NCBI GenBank assembly: GCA_964637965.1
Contig: CAZWXP010000108.1
Span: 22,342 to 46,341, forward strand
Length of the DNA: 24,000 bases
Origin: an uncultured Alphaproteobacteria bacterium
GTDB lineage: Bacteria > Pseudomonadota > Alphaproteobacteria > GCA-002720895
Reading direction: 5' to 3'
Made by a program: the position numbers and the translations under genes. This document shows, piece after piece, positions 23,335 to 24,000 of the stretch (position 1 is the first letter of the stretch; each line of letters begins with the position of its first letter). Below the pieces are notes generated by a model, which saw only the letters and a program-made list of their open reading frames with translations, had not been told where the DNA came from and ran no database searches.

Positions 23335-24000
23335 ATGAAAAGATGTAAAAAAATAAATAAATGTAGAAATTGTAATTCGCCAAATTTAGTGAAAATACTT
23401 GATCTTGGAAATCTAGCATATACAGGAAAATTTGTAAAAAATGGAACCGCAGTTCAAAAAACTCCCTTAAAAATTGCGATGTGCTCTAATTGTAATCTTG
23501 TTCAATTAAATCATGAATATGATAACAGTTATATGTACGGTTATGATTATGGTTATCAATCAAATATAAATTCAACGATGAAAAATCACTTGTTAAGTAT
23601 TGTCAACACAATTAATAAAAAATTTAAAATAAAAAAAAAGGATATTTTTGTTGATATAGGATCAAATGATGGAACTTTGTTAAATCACAAAACTTTGGAC
23701 AAATGTATAACAGTGGGATTTGATCCAATAATTAAAAGATTAAAAAAAAATTACAAGAATATTGACTTTAAAATAGATAAATTCTTTAATTTTAAAAATT
23801 TTAAAAAATTTAAAATTAATAAAGCAAAATTCATAACAGCTATAGCTATGTTCTATGATTTAAAAGATCCAAATAATTTTCTTTCTGAAATAAAAAAAGT
23901 ACTCAATAAAAATGGTATTTTTATCTTAGAACAATCTGATTTACGTTTGATGTTGAAACAAAATTCATTTGATACAATTTGTCATGAACATCTTGAATAT
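23335..24000 (+). CDS. SAM-dependent sugar C-methyltransferase (TylCIII/NovU-like, with an N-terminal Zn-ribbon). The C-terminus runs off the right edge.
   Basis: Absent from the ORF track because it is open at the edge. My translation reads MKRCKKINKCRNCNSPNLVKILDLGNLAYTGKF...MCSNCNLVQLNHEY... (CxxC...CxxC). The SAM motif is VDIGSNDGTLL. It ends with ICHEHLEY, characteristic of NDP-hexose C-methyltransferases. It is divergent from the operon. Confidence 0.75.
   Translation, partial: MKRCKKINKCRNCNSPNLVKILDLGNLAYTGKFVKNGTAVQKTPLKIAMCSNCNLVQLNHEYDNSYMYGYDYGYQSNINSTMKNHLLSIVNTINKKFKIKKKDIFVDIGSNDGTLLNHKTLDKCITVGFDPIIKRLKKNYKNIDFKIDKFFNFKNFKKFKINKAKFITAIAMFYDLKDPNNFLSEIKKVLNKNGIFILEQSDLRLMLKQNSFDTICHEHLEY

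Noticed and set aside
1-24000. Mobile elements, CRISPR arrays, tRNA/rRNA genes and pseudogenes.
   Set aside because: I saw no spaced direct repeats, terminal inverted repeats, transposase or integrase motifs, or structured-RNA-like G/C-rich segments. All ORFs appear intact and contiguous.

Overview
Very AT-rich (about three quarters A+T by eye, not counted) and extremely compact window. Twenty-one minus-strand genes run from 23244 down to the left edge, separated by gaps of 0-8 nt or short overlaps (ATGA, TAATG) in most cases. This looks like one surface-glycan operon of about 23 kb. One divergent plus-strand gene sits at the right edge. I saw no rRNA, tRNA, CRISPR, transposase or integrase. 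Gene order in the direction of transcription is as follows. (1) A wHTH (MarR/EPS-type) regulator translationally coupled to an RfaH-like NusG paralog. (2) A 68-nt gap holding a perfect 10-bp hairpin followed directly by an ops-like GCGGTAGC motif. (3) Radical SAM/SPASM enzyme, membrane-anchored SGNH-like protein and PQQ-type beta-propeller dehydrogenase-like protein. (4) A short NeuB-like synthase, a CMP-sugar cytidylyltransferase, then SDR, radical SAM, TIM-barrel isomerase-like and SDR genes. (5) An adenylating ligase, an AAC(3)-family acyltransferase, a carrier protein and an AsnB-like amidotransferase. (6) A pseudaminic-acid-like block: PseI-like, PseH-like, PseB-like, RmlD-like reductase and methylase. 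(7) An aminopeptidase-like protein, a large orphan protein and an ABC exporter. The two most interesting points are the RfaH/ops-type antitermination logic, including extra sense-strand copies of the motif inside coding sequence, and a carrier-protein-dependent acylation/amidation cassette embedded in a nonulosonic-acid locus. All functional calls rest on motif recognition by eye; no database search was possible. The source taxon cannot be determined. The style fits a streamlined marine bacterium, and the RfaH/ops-like features hint at proteobacterial ancestry or horizontal transfer.
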